Source: a virus (lineage: Duplodnaviria > Caudoviricetes). Taken from it: DNA of 54,720 bases. The stretch spans positions 1-54,720 of the IMG/VR virus record IMGVR_UViG_3300012346_000035. One strand, 5' to 3'. Of the stretch, positions 54,189 through 54,720 are shown one piece after another. The position numbers were made by a program, and so were the translations under genes. Each line of letters opens with the position of its first letter. Positions within the stretch are counted from its first letter, which is position 1. Below the pieces are notes generated by a model. It was not told the DNA's origin. It ran no database searches and worked only from the letters and a program-made list of their open reading frames with translations.

Positions 54189-54515
54189 ATGGCTAATACT
54201 TTTAAAAACTATCTCAGTAAAGATGTTGGCACTTCTGCTGCCACTGTCTATACTACACCTTCAGCAACACAGACAACTATCATTGGACTGTCAGTAGCTA
54301 ATACTACTTCATCTCCAATTACTTGTGATGCTTATGTAACTTCTTCTACAGTAGATTACTACTTGATCAAAGGTGCTACTGTACCTGTCGGTGGATCTCT
54401 GGTTATTGTAGGTGGAGATCAGAAGGTTGTACTAGAAGCTGCTGATGTACTGAAGGTTATTTCTTCTGCTGCAGCTAGTGCTGACGTTGTATGCTCCCTG
54501 TTGGAGATTGCATAA
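54189..54515 (+). CDS. Small tail-associated structural protein
   Basis: MANTFK, YTTP...IIGL.VAN, KVVLE..D. Confidence 0.65.
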   Translation: MANTFKNYLSKDVGTSAATVYTTPSATQTTIIGLSVANTTSSPITCDAYVTSSTVDYYLIKGATVPVGGSLVIVGGDQKVVLEAADVLKVISSAAASADVVCSLLEIA

Positions 54516-54720
54516 TGTCTTACATCGGTTCTACTCCTACAAGTCAGAACTTTATTTCAGGTACTGATTACTTTAATGGTGATGGTTCTACTACTGCCTT
54601 TACTTTAACTCGTACTGTTAACTCCGTTAATGACGTTGAAGTAGTTATCAACAACGTAGTACAACAACCTAGCACTGCTTACACTTTAAGTGGTACTACA
54701 ATTACTTTCACTTCTGCTCC
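54515..54720 (+). CDS. Tail-fibre-related protein, truncated by window edge
   Basis: MSYIGSTP...FNGDGSTTAFTL...VVQQP..AYTLSGTTITFTSA. Confidence 0.7.
   Translation, partial: MSYIGSTPTSQNFISGTDYFNGDGSTTAFTLTRTVNSVNDVEVVINNVVQQPSTAYTLSGTTITFTSA

Larger units (their letters stand above)
1..54720. mobile_element. Tailed dsDNA phage genome (podovirus-type, HMO-2011-like gene set), circularly permuted and nearly complete
   Basis: Terminase, portal, capsid, tail, lysis and replication modules in two opposite arms; no host housekeeping genes; both edges in tail-fibre-like ORFs. Confidence 0.95.

Noticed and set aside
1-54720. Antisense and nested ORFs in the track (e.g. 8421-8861, 20140-20565, 27910-28485, 36309-36551)
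   Set aside because: Shadow frames of real genes or lacking RBS and protein-like composition

Overview
The window is most of a circularly permuted dsDNA podovirus-type phage genome; both edges fall inside tail-fibre genes. It has two arms. The + strand morphogenesis/lysis arm runs ~37.1 kb to the end and continues at 1-12077 (terminase, portal, scaffold, capsid, tail, fibres, holin, M15 endolysin, internal virion proteins). The - strand early/replication arm runs 35751 down to 12078 (small early genes, tyrosine integrase, primase, helicase, family A polymerase with a DnaJ-type zinc-finger insert, nucleases, ClpP-like protease, class II ribonucleotide reductase). This gene set resembles HMO-2011-type phages. 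I recognised no RNA polymerase, tRNA or CRISPR array. The arms diverge from a non-coding 35.75-37.1 kb region that probably holds the physical genome ends. The strongest unexplained signals are non-coding: (1) about 30 sequence-variable mini-hairpins with a fixed C-GNA-G triloop packed into 32.7-36.3 kb on both strands, even inside genes and Shine-Dalgarno sites; (2) nrdJ bracketed by a C-run/terminator attenuator-like leader and a pseudoknot 6 nt after its stop, ahead of an in-frame ORF; (3) a repeated C-loop-like RNA internal loop in the scaffold and capsid leaders; (4) a four-copy ~25-bp element in the early region; (5) a short xxxGG peptide tag shared by six late proteins. All family assignments come from motif recognition by eye, not database searches.
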